From positions 1,440,001 through 1,504,000 of the forward strand of contig OY761611.1 in the NCBI GenBank assembly GCA_963664875.1: DNA of 64,000 bases, given 5' to 3'. The notes beneath the pieces were generated by a model. The model was not told where the DNA came from and searched no databases. It saw only the letters and a program-made list of their open reading frames with translations. Shown one piece after another: positions 1 to 10,681 of this stretch. The position numbers and the translations under genes are program-made. This DNA comes from Candidatus Kapaibacterium sp. (GTDB taxonomy: Bacteria > Bacteroidota > Ignavibacteria > Kapaibacteriales > UBA2268). Position 1 is the first letter of the stretch. Each line of letters starts with the position of its first letter.

Positions 1-152
1 TCAGAATTTTGGCGGAAAGTAAAAAACTGATCGCCATTTCTTGGATATTCGTCATTTGAATTTATAATCGCCAAAGTATTTGGCTTCATTTCTTTAGCAA
101 ATTTAGCTCTGTTTTCGATAAAGAGCCTGTTATCAATAGGTAAGTATTTCAT
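1..152 (-). CDS. Xaa-Pro aminopeptidase (aminopeptidase P) N-terminus, partial; runs off the window edge
   Basis: Manual translation from ATG at 152: MKYLPIDNRLFIENRAKFAKEMKPNTLAIINSNDEYPRNGDQFFTFRQNS, resembling the AMP_N start of Bacteroidota PepP; absent from the ORF track. Confidence 0.7.
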   Translation of the reverse strand, partial: MKYLPIDNRLFIENRAKFAKEMKPNTLAIINSNDEYPRNGDQFFTFRQNS

Positions 153-405
153 TTTACACCCGTTTGAATTCGAAAATGATGTTATTTAATTAGATAATCC
201 AAAATATCAAAAATGTATGGCATAGGCAAGACTAAACGGTAAATTCGTAAGAAATATTTTTAGCTGACATAAGAAAACCAAAAATAGCAATATACAATTT
301 ATAAGCACGTCAATATTGCTCGTTGGCAATATTCTTGCTTTTATTCTTTATTTATTCTAATTTGACGAAAAAGATTTATTGATTTTATAATAAGGGAATG
401 CTATA

Positions 406-1350
406 ATGGCTGAACATCATGACTTGATAATAATCGGCTCAGGACCTGCCGGTCTGACTGCAGCAATTTACGGAAGCAGAGCCAATCTTGATACTGTAAT
501 TTTCGAAGGTCAGCAACCCGGTGGGCAGCTGATGATTACTACAGAAGTAGAAAACTATCCGGGATTTGAAAATGGCATTCAAGGTCCTGAAATGATGGAC
601 ATATTCAGAAAACAGGCACAAAGATTTGGTGCCAAATCTCTTTACAAAACAATCACAAAAGTTGATTTTTCCAAAAGACCTTTTACTGTATGGGACGAAA
701 ACGACACTGAATATACCGCTGATGCTGTTATTATATCTACAGGAGCTACTGCCCGTACTTTAAAAATTCCTTCAGAGCAGACTTATTGGGGGCACGGCAT
801 CTCTGCTTGTGCTACTTGCGACGGCTTTTTCTACAGAGGCTTGAAAGTGTTTGTAGTTGGCGGTGGAGACACAGCTATGGAAGAAGCTACTTACCTTACA
901 AATTTTGCAACTTCTGTTACTTTGTTGCACAGAAGAGAAGAATTTAGAGCATCGCAAGTGATGATAGACAGAGCAAAAGCAAATCCGAAAATCAATTTTA
1001 TGCTTAATTCTACTATAGATGAGTTCACCGGAAAAGAAGAAAACGGCATCAAAATGTTAACAGGAATCAGAGTAAAGAACACTCAGACAGGCGAAATAAC
1101 TGAACATGATGCAGACGGTGTATTTATAGCTATTGGGCACGAACCAAATACTAAGTTGTTTGAAGGCATTTTAGACATGGACGACAACAAATATCTTGTA
1201 ACAAAACCTGATTGCACTTATACTAATATCGAAGGTGTATTTGCGTGCGGCGACGTACAGGATCACGTTTACCGTCAGGCAATTACTGCTGCCGGAAGCG
1301 GATGTGCTGCTGCTATTGATGCAGAAAGATGGTTGCAGGCAAACAGATAA
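406..1350 (+). CDS. trxB: Thioredoxin-disulfide reductase
   Basis: IIGSGPAG FAD motif, CATC active site, VGGGDTAMEEA NADPH motif, GVFACGDVQD..YRQAITAAG. Confidence 0.97.
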   Translation: MAEHHDLIIIGSGPAGLTAAIYGSRANLDTVIFEGQQPGGQLMITTEVENYPGFENGIQGPEMMDIFRKQAQRFGAKSLYKTITKVDFSKRPFTVWDENDTEYTADAVIISTGATARTLKIPSEQTYWGHGISACATCDGFFYRGLKVFVVGGGDTAMEEATYLTNFATSVTLLHRREEFRASQVMIDRAKANPKINFMLNSTIDEFTGKEENGIKMLTGIRVKNTQTGEITEHDADGVFIAIGHEPNTKLFEGILDMDDNKYLVTKPDCTYTNIEGVFACGDVQDHVYRQAITAAGSGCAAAIDAERWLQANR

Positions 1351-1363
1351 ATAATCTAATCTT

Positions 1364-1412
1364 AAAAAAACAGTCTCTATTTCATTTCGGTTGAATAGAG
1401 ACTGTTTTTTTT
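1364..1412. terminator. Bidirectional intrinsic terminator between convergent trxB and the TonB receptor
   Basis: aaaaaaacagtctctatt...aatagagactgttttttt inverted repeat with A/T tails on both sides. Confidence 0.9.
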
Positions 1413-1443
1413 AAAATATTACGAAAGAAGTTTTACGAAATAT

Positions 1444-3420
1444 CTATTTTCCGAAATGATACTGCACTTTGAACAGCATTTCCAATCCACCGCTTGGCAT
1501 AGGTGCGTGACCACCTTTATAAGGCTGGTAGAAGCTAAATCCGGAATCAGTAATATCATAAGCCGCAAGACTTACATTCAGACCACTGATAAGTAAATCT
1601 TTGTATAAAAGATTCGCATTTAGTAATAGCTTGCCATCATCTGCTGTTATAATAACATCGTCTGCTTCGAGGTCATAAGCTGTATTTGAATATCTTTTTG
1701 TAATATACATCAAAGAAGGGTTCAAACTTAGCTTGTCTGTCAAATTCAGACTACCGCTAAAAGCAATCTTATTACCCGGCAATCCTAAAAGTAAACCATC
1801 TTCATCGGGTATAGTGTAGTAATCAACTTCGACATCGTTAGCTTTGTAATAAGAATAAGACAAATTAGCATATCCCCAATCGTCTCTGTATCTATATTCG
1901 AATTCAAAGCCCATTGTCCCGGTTTTTCCTTCATTTTTATAAATCTCTTCTTCAGTCTCACTGTCATAGAAATATACAATAGTTTTATCTATGGTAATGT
2001 GATAAACATTAGCTGTGAGTTGCATTTTAGGATTGAGTTGGTATCCGACTTCTAATTCGATTACAGAAGTTTGTTCAGGATCGATTTCGTTATTTGGAGC
2101 CAAATCAATGTTGAAGATTGACGGAGATCTAAAAGCCTGAGAGTAGAGAGCTTTAAGATGAAGGTCGTCTATTTTTTTTGTGATACCTATTCTCGGAGCG
2201 AAAGCAGAACCTGTTTTAGAATGGTTGTCCATTCTCGCACCAACAGTAAGATTCGCAATTTTGTGTTTAAGCAACGCTTGAGCAAAAACAGCAATATTGT
2301 TGTAATCTACCTTACTTTCAGTACCGTCAGCAAATCCACCGGAATTTTCAATATCTTTCGTTTCCGAAGATAATGTATAATATTCCATGCCACCTGTAAG
2401 ATTAAACATCTCGTCAATATCCCACGATGCAAGTAAATTTGCTTTGATTTTATTTAGGTTAAAATCAAAGAAATATTGTTCTTTATCATCAGCATACCAC
2501 GGCTTTTGATTTTTGTACGTAACCGTTGGGGTTAGACTAAAATTATCCCCAATATTATATTCATAGCTTGCTCTGATTGCCATAGTTTTAAAATCTATTG
2601 CTACAGGTTTAGCAAGAATATTATCAAAAAGATCAATTGAAGTGTTATTGTATCCATCGTAGAGGAAAGTCAAAGAAAAATCTTTATATTTAGCATCGAA
2701 ATTGACAAACATATTGTTCAACTCTAAAATGCCTTCATTGGTTTCTGATGTTGCACCGAAAATATCACTGTATTTGTCATTGTTCCTATTTGCAGCACCA
2801 TAGAAAGTAAGCAAAGAAAGACTCAAATCACCAAACTTTTTTCCTGCCATTAGGTTTACATTTGTTCTTCCCATCTGGTCAGCATACATTCCGTATTTTG
2901 CATTAGCAGTTACGCCATCTAAAGTTTCAGCATCCTTAGTTACAATATTTATAACCCCTAACTCAGCATAACCTCCATAAAGAGCACTCCCCGGTCCTCT
3001 TATTATTTCGATTCTTTTGATATGATCCGGAGAAATATGATTACCAAATTGAGTTGTGGTATAAAGATCTTCGTTCAATTCGACTCCGTTAAACAGCAAA
3101 AGTACTTTGCCTTCTGTGCCTGTATTGCCTCTCATACCTATACTTACAACATTTTGAACATCGCTGACAAAATTGATACCGGGCACTAATCTCAACACAT
3201 CGATTAAATCACGAGCACCTGACTTTTGTATTTCTTCGGAAGTAACCACAGTAACTATACCCGGAGACTCTTTCTGAGTCAGAGCTTTTTTCCCGGAAGC
3301 CACTGTGATTTCCATATTCATAAGCTCATCTAATGACAAATCAAGAAGATCATCAGTCTCTTGTGCAAAAGTTTGGCTAACTAAAGCAAAACATAACAAA
3401 AATAGTAATAATTGACGCAT
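1444..3420 (-). CDS. TonB-dependent receptor (plug + barrel)
   Basis: Signal peptide, DLLDLSLDELMNMEI N-terminal motif, IKRIEIIRGPGSALYG plug motif, C-terminal aromatic strand. Confidence 0.92.
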   Translation of the reverse strand: MRQLLLFLLCFALVSQTFAQETDDLLDLSLDELMNMEITVASGKKALTQKESPGIVTVVTSEEIQKSGARDLIDVLRLVPGINFVSDVQNVVSIGMRGNTGTEGKVLLLFNGVELNEDLYTTTQFGNHISPDHIKRIEIIRGPGSALYGGYAELGVINIVTKDAETLDGVTANAKYGMYADQMGRTNVNLMAGKKFGDLSLSLLTFYGAANRNNDKYSDIFGATSETNEGILELNNMFVNFDAKYKDFSLTFLYDGYNNTSIDLFDNILAKPVAIDFKTMAIRASYEYNIGDNFSLTPTVTYKNQKPWYADDKEQYFFDFNLNKIKANLLASWDIDEMFNLTGGMEYYTLSSETKDIENSGGFADGTESKVDYNNIAVFAQALLKHKIANLTVGARMDNHSKTGSAFAPRIGITKKIDDLHLKALYSQAFRSPSIFNIDLAPNNEIDPEQTSVIELEVGYQLNPKMQLTANVYHITIDKTIVYFYDSETEEEIYKNEGKTGTMGFEFEYRYRDDWGYANLSYSYYKANDVEVDYYTIPDEDGLLLGLPGNKIAFSGSLNLTDKLSLNPSLMYITKRYSNTAYDLEADDVIITADDGKLLLNANLLYKDLLISGLNVSLAAYDITDSGFSFYQPYKGGHAPMPSGGLEMLFKVQYHFGK

Positions 3421-3578
3421 ACGAACCCCACAAAAATATTATATATTGATATTGATTAGAAGAATTATCTACAATAATGATACCATATTTTAATGAACGC
3501 CTGCCAACTCTGTATATTTTAATCTATTACAATTTTCGCAGTACTTTAACTATATTTTACTGTTTAAAAGCATTCGTC

Positions 3579-4799
3579 TTAATACAATCTCAACATATCC
3601 TCAAAAGTTTCTCTTCTTCTGATAAGTAAAGGATTACCGTCTTTTATTATTACCTCTGCAGGTCGTGGTCTATTGTTGTAATTAGATGACATTACATAAC
3701 CGTATGCCCCTGCATCTCTAAAAACTAAAAGATCACCTTCTTCTGCTACGGGCAGATATACATGTTTATCAAAAATATCAGAATTTTCGCAAATCTGTCC
3801 ACAGATATTATAAAATTGTTCCGCTTTGCCTTTACCGTAGATAGATGAACGGTGTTTTGCACCATAAAGAGCCGGTCTGATTAGAGTATTAATTCCCGCG
3901 TCAACACCCACAAATGTCTTATAGCTTTTTTTGATACCTGTTACCTTGGCTATCAAGTATCCTGCATTCGCTACTAAATACCTGCCCGGCTCTAACTTCA
4001 ATTCCGGCAAGCCGAGATTGTATTTATCCGATTTTTCATGTATTACTTCAGATATAAGCTTAGCTGTAAAATCAATATTCAAATCTTCTTCATCATCTGC
4101 ATAAGGCACACCAAAACCGCCACCAATATCAATAAACTCCGGCTTTGCTCCAATCTGAGTAAAAAGATTCCCGGTAATTTTCATGAGCTTATCTACAACC
4201 TCATAAAAATAATACGGTTCCAAATTATTTGACCCTGCCATCATGTGAATTCCAAATCTATCTATACCGGCATCAATAGCTTTCCTGTATGCTTCCAAAG
4301 CTTTTTCGTAAGGTACTCCAAATTTCGCATCTGCCCCACCTGTGGTTATACCTTCGAACCCCCCTCTACCAATACCGGGATTGATTCTAAACGATATTCT
4401 TTTAGGTTTGAATACTTGAAGCATTCTGTCTAAAGATGAAATGTCATCTAAATTGATTGTGATATCTTCATATTTAGCTATCTCACACCAATCACTATGG
4501 CTTTCATAATTCCCTGTATATAATATTTTGGAGTTTTCTATACCGGCCCTATCTGCCAGCATTAACTCAATCGGCGAGGCTGTATCAGCACCACAACCAA
4601 GTGAATTAAATACTTTGAGAATATTTAGATTTGAATTAGCTTTGACAGAAAAATGTACTGTATTATTTGGATAGTACTTATCGAATGAACTCTTCAAATT
4701 GAAGTAGTTTTGTTCAATTTGATTCTGATCATAGACATAAAGAGGAGTTCCAAATTCCTCGGCAAGCTGTTTTATATCATAGTTGTTGATTTGATTCAC
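3579..4799 (-). CDS. lysA: Diaminopimelate decarboxylase
   Basis: FGTPLYVYD, SVKANSN PLP lysine, DIGGGFG, EPGRYLVA, ICENSD, MSSNYNNRPRPAEV. Confidence 0.95.
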   Translation of the reverse strand: MNQINNYDIKQLAEEFGTPLYVYDQNQIEQNYFNLKSSFDKYYPNNTVHFSVKANSNLNILKVFNSLGCGADTASPIELMLADRAGIENSKILYTGNYESHSDWCEIAKYEDITINLDDISSLDRMLQVFKPKRISFRINPGIGRGGFEGITTGGADAKFGVPYEKALEAYRKAIDAGIDRFGIHMMAGSNNLEPYYFYEVVDKLMKITGNLFTQIGAKPEFIDIGGGFGVPYADDEEDLNIDFTAKLISEVIHEKSDKYNLGLPELKLEPGRYLVANAGYLIAKVTGIKKSYKTFVGVDAGINTLIRPALYGAKHRSSIYGKGKAEQFYNICGQICENSDIFDKHVYLPVAEEGDLLVFRDAGAYGYVMSSNYNNRPRPAEVIIKDGNPLLIRRRETFEDMLRLY

Positions 4800-4803
4800 T
4801 GAG

Positions 4804-6189
4804 CTAATTCCTCCTTTTCTCGAATATTTCAGGATGCCTAATTTCAGAGAAGAATCGGTTATGAAGTTTTTTTACAGCTTCTATCAGATGCTCTTCGCTG
4901 ACTACTATACTCAGATTGACCTCAGACGCACCCAGACTAATCATTTGCACATTTATATCTTCGAGCGATCCGAAAAATTTTGCAGCAATGCCGGCAGTTC
5001 TTCTTAGTCCTTCCCCAACTACCGAAATTATTGCTTTGTTTTCGGCAACATCAACATCGGCAAAACCTGATAAATCGTGTATGATTCCTTCTAATTTTGT
5101 TTTATCATCAATGGTAAGTGAAATGCTAACCTCTGATGTGGTAATTAAATCAACACTTGTGCTGTGTTGCCTGAATATATCAAAGACTTTACTCAAAAAG
5201 CCTACAGCACCTAACATTCTTTTAGAATCTATATTTATTATTGTTATTCCTTTCCGAAAAGCTATGGCTTTGATAAAGTCAGAGCCAGAACCTTTTGATA
5301 ATATTAACGTGCCACCGCTTTCAGGGAAAAACGTATTTTTAACATAAACCGGAATATTTTTCTTCACAGCAGGAGCAATAGTTTTAGGATGAAGAACTTT
5401 AGCACCAAAGTATGCAAGCTCGGCAGCTTCCCTGTAAGTCAACCTTTTGACTAAGCAGGCATTTTCTACAATTCTTGGGTCAGAAGTCATTATGCCATCT
5501 ACATCAGTCCATATTTCGAGACTATCAGCATTGATACTTGAAGCGATAATTGCAGCTGAGTAATCAGATCCACCTCTTCCAAGCGTTGTTACTATACCTT
5601 TCAAATCCGAACCAACAAATCCACCTGTAATAATCAAATCTGTCTCATCGAGCAAAGGTAAGAGAATGGTCTCACATTCCGTTTCAGTATGTCTAAAATC
5701 AACTTCAGCTTCTGTAAAATTGCTGTTTGTCTTTATCAGCAGATTTGGTTCAATTCGCTTAGAGTATAAGTCTATAGAATTAAAATACTCATTTACTAAG
5801 TACGAGGAGAGTAGTTCGCCAATGGACAAGATGGCATCTTTAGTTTTCGGGCTAATATCTCCGAGTATTTCAGTAGCTTCTATATATTTTTTCAAATTTC
5901 CACAAACTTCATCTATATATTTAGAGGATTGTATTTCGATATCCAAATCCTCAGCTACACTTTTGTGTTTATTACTAATATATGCGATATTTTCATAGGC
6001 ATTTACGTATTGCTTGGTTTCCAATGCATCAATAATTGCAACCAAAGTATTTGTAATAGTAGCCATGGCGGACACAACCACTATCTTTTTCCCGGATTTC
6101 CCCATAATGATAGATAATAGCTTTCTAAAAGCAATTGCATCTTTTACGGAGGTGCCTCCAAATTTCAAAACATTAAGACTAAGATTCAT
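4804..6189 (-). CDS. lysC: Aspartate kinase (two ACT domains)
   Basis: VLKFGGTSV, TTLGRGGSDYSA, WTDVDGIMTSDPR, FGAKVLHP, C-terminal ACT repeats; 4 bp from lysA. Confidence 0.95.
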   Translation of the reverse strand: MNLSLNVLKFGGTSVKDAIAFRKLLSIIMGKSGKKIVVVSAMATITNTLVAIIDALETKQYVNAYENIAYISNKHKSVAEDLDIEIQSSKYIDEVCGNLKKYIEATEILGDISPKTKDAILSIGELLSSYLVNEYFNSIDLYSKRIEPNLLIKTNSNFTEAEVDFRHTETECETILLPLLDETDLIITGGFVGSDLKGIVTTLGRGGSDYSAAIIASSINADSLEIWTDVDGIMTSDPRIVENACLVKRLTYREAAELAYFGAKVLHPKTIAPAVKKNIPVYVKNTFFPESGGTLILSKGSGSDFIKAIAFRKGITIINIDSKRMLGAVGFLSKVFDIFRQHSTSVDLITTSEVSISLTIDDKTKLEGIIHDLSGFADVDVAENKAIISVVGEGLRRTAGIAAKFFGSLEDINVQMISLGASEVNLSIVVSEEHLIEAVKKLHNRFFSEIRHPEIFEKRRN

Positions 6190-6266
6190 AATCTTTACAA
6201 AATATTATAACAAATACGTTTAAACAAATGTATATCTTAGACTCGACTAATAAAAGAGATATTTTG
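6126..6266. repeat. Direct repeat copy 1 (141 bp): lysC upstream region + first 21 codons
   Basis: Aligns ungapped to 11452-11592 (offset 5326), 10 mismatches counted by eye. Confidence 0.95.
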
Positions 6267-6657
6267 ATATTTCGTATTCTTCAATGCCAAAGAAAAAGCG
6301 TCCATTTATTTTAGTTTGTTAAAGCATATTCTATCGTACTGAAGATAGAATAAAATAACACAACTGATTCAAACGTTAATCAAAGTATGTTAAATTGATT
6401 TGACATATTTTGTGTGACTATAAGGAAATAATAGTTTTTACAATTAATAATATATACATTAGGGAATACATAAAGTGTGTCTAACTAATTCTATAATACT
6501 CTAACAATATCTACCTAATAACTCTATACATTAGTATTGAGTTAAATTTCGTGTACAGATTGGGAAATTTTGAATAAACTTTTGGAGTTACAGGTTCTGA
6601 CTGTTCAGAGATATTTATTTGACTTCTCAGAAATCAATCCACATTCAAACTTTATAC

Positions 6658-7221
6658 ATGAAACTTTTTATAAAAAACATGGTCTGCATTCGTTGTAGGA
6701 TGATTGTAAGTTCTGAATTAGAAAAACTTGGAATCAGATACAAAAATTTGATATTAGGTGAACTTGAATTGATAAGTCACATCTCACAGAGTCACTTGGA
6801 TGCTTTTGATATTGGTTTAAGAAAATATGGTCTAGAATTAATAATTGACAAAAGGGCGCAAATAATTGAAAAAATAAAGAATATCATAATTGAGCAAATT
6901 CATTATTCAGAAGAAGACTTAAAAATCCATTTCCCGGAACTTCTTAGTCAGGAACTTAATTATAATTACAATTATCTTTCAAATCTGTTCTCAGAAATGC
7001 ATGGCACGACTATAGAAAATTTTATTATCAAGCAAAAAATAGAAAAAGTGAAAGAATTGCTTGTTTATAATGAAATGACTCTATCAGAAATTGCATGGAA
7101 ATTGAATTACAGCAGTGTACAACATCTATCAAATCAGTTCAAAAAAATAACAGGGCTTACACCTACTTTCTTCAAAAACATGAAAAATAAGAGACGTATA
7201 GATCTGAACAATATACATTGA
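6658..7221 (+). CDS. AraC-family regulator with N-terminal MVCxxC (HMA-like) segment
   Basis: Start trimmed to ATG 6658 (MKLFIKNMVCIRC); C-terminal LSEIAWKLNYSSVQHLSNQFKKITGLTPT HTH. Confidence 0.9.
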   Translation: MKLFIKNMVCIRCRMIVSSELEKLGIRYKNLILGELELISHISQSHLDAFDIGLRKYGLELIIDKRAQIIEKIKNIIIEQIHYSEEDLKIHFPELLSQELNYNYNYLSNLFSEMHGTTIENFIIKQKIEKVKELLVYNEMTLSEIAWKLNYSSVQHLSNQFKKITGLTPTFFKNMKNKRRIDLNNIH

Positions 7222-7562
7222 AAACAGTGGTGTATATAATTTTGTTTATCTTCATTCATATTTTTAATAGTTTTTATATTTATTCATTATATTACAAATA
7301 TTTTCTTCCTATCGCCTTTCCAAAGCAAATCAACTAAACAATGAACAATTCCATTTATAGAATAAAATGCATAACTCTTCATATGACCGCCGAAGTAATG
7401 TATCCGCAATCGCTTCATTTGAAAAATAGAGTATAAATATCAAAAACAGAATAGAAATCCTTTAGTCAGTTTAATTTTATAACAAATCACGATCATCTTT
7501 ATTATTCATCTGTTTTACATGGAACATTTGAAGATATTTTATTTTAATGTAGAACATCTGTG

Positions 7563-7593
7563 AATTGTGTACATAATATAAACAATAGTGTAA
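7563..7593 (+). promoter_or_regulatory. Possible AraC-type operator: two half-sites 21 bp apart
   Basis: aattgtgtac (7563) and aatagtgtaa (7584); lies between the AraC gene and the cupin gene. Confidence 0.3.
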
Positions 7594-7954
7594 CACATCA
7601 CATGTTTGATATGATTACATTAACAATACAAGAAAACGATATCCATTTAAAGATTGTATTTTTTAATTTTAAGGAGATTTGCTATGATATTGAAAGAACA
7701 TGCATCAAACAAGGGAAAGTACACTTCTATTGCTTACTTTATTCTGAACAAAGAACACTGCTAAGCAAAATAGCAAAGAAACTGGGAGAAGTTTATAGGA
7801 TTGACTTACGAGGTTCTATCTCCGAACTACGACAATAAGAATGGAGTAATAGAAATAATTCATTACAATATCGTGCATTCCAAGTCAATATAATGGAAGG
7901 ACTTTACAAGTAAATTAAGGAACTGTTGCACATAGTAAAGCTAGGAGATATATC

Positions 7955-8293
7955 ATGAAAGAATCTGAGATTGAAAAATCCAAAGCATTTATTACAGTAG
8001 AAATTATCGAATATGAACCTCATTCGGTAATTAGCAAAACAATAATCAACAAGACAACAGGAAAAGTCAATGTGATGTCATTTGATATTGGAGAAGCATT
8101 AATTGAAAGAATTATTCCCTTTGATGCTTATGCACAAATAATCGACGGGAACGCGGAGATTATAATAGATGGAATATCTATATTGTTAGAAACAGGGCAT
8201 TCCATAGTCATACCTGCACATACGTCAAATATAGTAAAAGCTAATGAAAGATTTAAAATGATTCTTACTATAATTAAAAGTGGATATGTTTAG
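7955..8293 (+). CDS. Cupin-domain protein
   Basis: 112 aa; SFDIGE...PFDAYAQIIDGNAEIIIDG...SIVIPAH pattern; aggag RBS. Confidence 0.85.
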   Translation: MKESEIEKSKAFITVEIIEYEPHSVISKTIINKTTGKVNVMSFDIGEALIERIIPFDAYAQIIDGNAEIIIDGISILLETGHSIVIPAHTSNIVKANERFKMILTIIKSGYV

Positions 8294-8421
8294 TACACAA
8301 ATACCTTAAATCCTGATTTATTTAACACCCCATGAAAGATGGTGCAATACTATTTACTGCAATATGAACATATGAATATAAACTTTTCGCGAAAATCAAA
8401 TCAATAGCTAAAGGAATTACG

Positions 8422-9312
8422 ATGGAAAACATAATTTATATTATTCCGGTTTTAGCAATTATCATCATACTTTTATCCGGAATTAGAATTGTCAGACCTA
8501 CAGAAAGAGGACTGACAGAAAGGCTTGGTAAATATATCAAGTTTGCAAACCCTGGTTTCCACTGGATTATGCCTGGTATAGAAAAACTATACCGAGTGAA
8601 CATTACCGAATCAATGATTGATGCCGAACCACAGGAAATAATAACAAATGATAACCTCAATGCAAGAGTAGATGCACAAGTTTATTTCAGAGTTAAGAGT
8701 GACGAAGAAAGTGTCAAAAACTCAATTTATAATGTTAACAACTACGTTTATCAGATAGTGAACCTTGCAAGAACTACATTAAGAAATATAATTGGCACGA
8801 TGACCTTGAAATCAGCTAATAGTGAGCGAGGTAAGATAAATGCAGGTCTTCATAAAACTCTTTTAGAAGAAACCATCACTTGGGGTATAGAAATTGTCCG
8901 TACCGAATTAAAAGAAATTGACCCACCGTCAGATGTACAAGAAACGATGAATAAAGTAGTGAAAGCTGAGAATGAAAAAGTAGCTGCTGTAGATTTCGCT
9001 TCTGCAAGAGAAACAGTTGCAGACGGTGAAAAAAGAGCCAAGATAAAAGAAGCAGAAGGTTATCGTCAGTCAAAAATTCTTCATGCAGAGGGTGACGCTG
9101 CATCAATTAAACTTGTAAATGAAGCGGCTGACAAATACTTTACTGGTAACGCTCAGCTACTTAGAAAACTTGAAGCACTAGAAAATTCTTTGCAAAACAA
9201 TGCAACGATAATTGTACCTCAAGGATCAGAACTTGTAAATGTTATTGGTGAAATGGCTGGAGTTGTACCGATAAGAGTTAACAAATCACCTATATTTGGC
9301 AAGATAGATTAG
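8422..9312 (+). CDS. SPFH/band 7 (stomatin-like) membrane protein
   Basis: N-terminal TM, ERLGKY..PGFHW, QEIITNDN, RTTLRNIIG, WGIEIVRTE, coiled-coil tail. Confidence 0.92.
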   Translation: MENIIYIIPVLAIIIILLSGIRIVRPTERGLTERLGKYIKFANPGFHWIMPGIEKLYRVNITESMIDAEPQEIITNDNLNARVDAQVYFRVKSDEESVKNSIYNVNNYVYQIVNLARTTLRNIIGTMTLKSANSERGKINAGLHKTLLEETITWGIEIVRTELKEIDPPSDVQETMNKVVKAENEKVAAVDFASARETVADGEKRAKIKEAEGYRQSKILHAEGDAASIKLVNEAADKYFTGNAQLLRKLEALENSLQNNATIIVPQGSELVNVIGEMAGVVPIRVNKSPIFGKID

Positions 9313-9357
9313 ATTGAAAAACCATATAGAAACTAACTCTCATGATCAGGAACTTTT

Positions 9358-10434
9358 ATGAAATATGAAAAGTTAAAAAGACTCGCTACTGAGCGAAGCT
9401 ATCCATGTGTTACTATTTCAATGAATACACATAGAACACATCCCGATAATTCTAAAGATATTGTCGGGCTAAAAAACCATTTGTCAGAAGCAAAAAACCG
9501 AGTTATTCAAGAATTTGGAAAGCGGAATGTGATTGATTTACTTGAGAAAATAGAAAGCATAAGCAGTGAAATAGACCATAACTATAACCTAAATAGTTTG
9601 CATATATTTCTTTCGAAAAAAAGCAAAGAAATTGTCAGGTCACCTTTGAATATTCAGAATCATTCAGTCCATATATCGAATAGCTTTGCAATCAAACCAT
9701 TGATAAAAGCAATCAATCAAACTCAAGAATACTATATTCTTTTATTATCTCAATCAAGGGTTAAATTGCTTTACGCTATCAACGATGCTGCTTTGCTAGA
9801 AATATCAGATGATGATTTTCCACTTTCAGAAAACCTTCATTATATTTCAGATAAAAATAAATTAAGTGACGGGAAGCAAGTTGATAATATGGTACGTGAG
9901 TTTTTCAATAAGGTTGACAAAGCTATGGTGAAAATAACTAATAGGACAGGATGTATTTGTATTGTGATTGGCACCGAAGACAATTGCAGCCGGCTCTTGC
10001 AGGTTGCAGACAAACCATCGATATACTCCGGCTTTTCAGATATAAATTATAATGACTCTAGCGACCAGAGTTTAGCAGCACAAGCATGGCTTCTTGTAAA
10101 GGAATTGCACCATCAGTCAATTTGTAAGGCAGTCATTGAAATGAAGGATGCAATAGGCAAAGGAATCGCTATCACAAATTTATCTAATATATACAAGGCT
10201 GTAAAAGAAGGTAGAGGAGACCTGTTAATTACTCATAATAACTACTCTCAGGCTGTAAAAATGACAAACGGATTTTCATTTGAACCAACAAAGGACAATA
10301 CACAACCAGGAGTAATAGATGATATTATAAGTGAAATTGCCTGGGAAGTAATAGCTAGAGATGGGCGTGCCATATTTGTAGATCAAGATGATATTCTGAC
10401 ATTGAGTAATATATCATTGAAATTGCGATACTAA
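9358..10434 (+). CDS. Bacterial archaeo-eukaryotic release factor-like protein (baeRF3-type)
   Basis: PCVTISMNTHRTHPD N-terminus, FAIKPL..YYILLLSQ, AVKEGRGDLL, VIDDIISEIAWEVI..G C-terminus. Confidence 0.75.
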   Translation: MKYEKLKRLATERSYPCVTISMNTHRTHPDNSKDIVGLKNHLSEAKNRVIQEFGKRNVIDLLEKIESISSEIDHNYNLNSLHIFLSKKSKEIVRSPLNIQNHSVHISNSFAIKPLIKAINQTQEYYILLLSQSRVKLLYAINDAALLEISDDDFPLSENLHYISDKNKLSDGKQVDNMVREFFNKVDKAMVKITNRTGCICIVIGTEDNCSRLLQVADKPSIYSGFSDINYNDSSDQSLAAQAWLLVKELHHQSICKAVIEMKDAIGKGIAITNLSNIYKAVKEGRGDLLITHNNYSQAVKMTNGFSFEPTKDNTQPGVIDDIISEIAWEVIARDGRAIFVDQDDILTLSNISLKLRY

Positions 10435-10681
10435 TCCTTTTAGTTAAGAACTTGTATAGCAAATCTTCGTCGTATCTGAATTCATAAAGAATATCTATAA
10501 AACCTATCTCTGTAAAACTTGACATACAGGCAATATTACATTGAAAATATTATACTCTCTAAATTACAAGTAATAAATGCAACTTTGAGGTAAGACGTTA
10601 TCAAGGAAAAGCATATATTTTGTCAAAACAAGAGGGTTGCAATCGCACATAATCAAATAAAAGTTTAATTCTATAAACAAG

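Noticed and set aside
6190-6618. Lysine riboswitch upstream of lysC
   Set aside because: AT-rich with no recognisable L-box stems or conserved motifs
7560-7838. 92-aa ORF, and a 26-aa ORF at 7684 with an aaggag RBS
   Set aside because: No family resemblance; may be a frameshifted remnant, but unsupported
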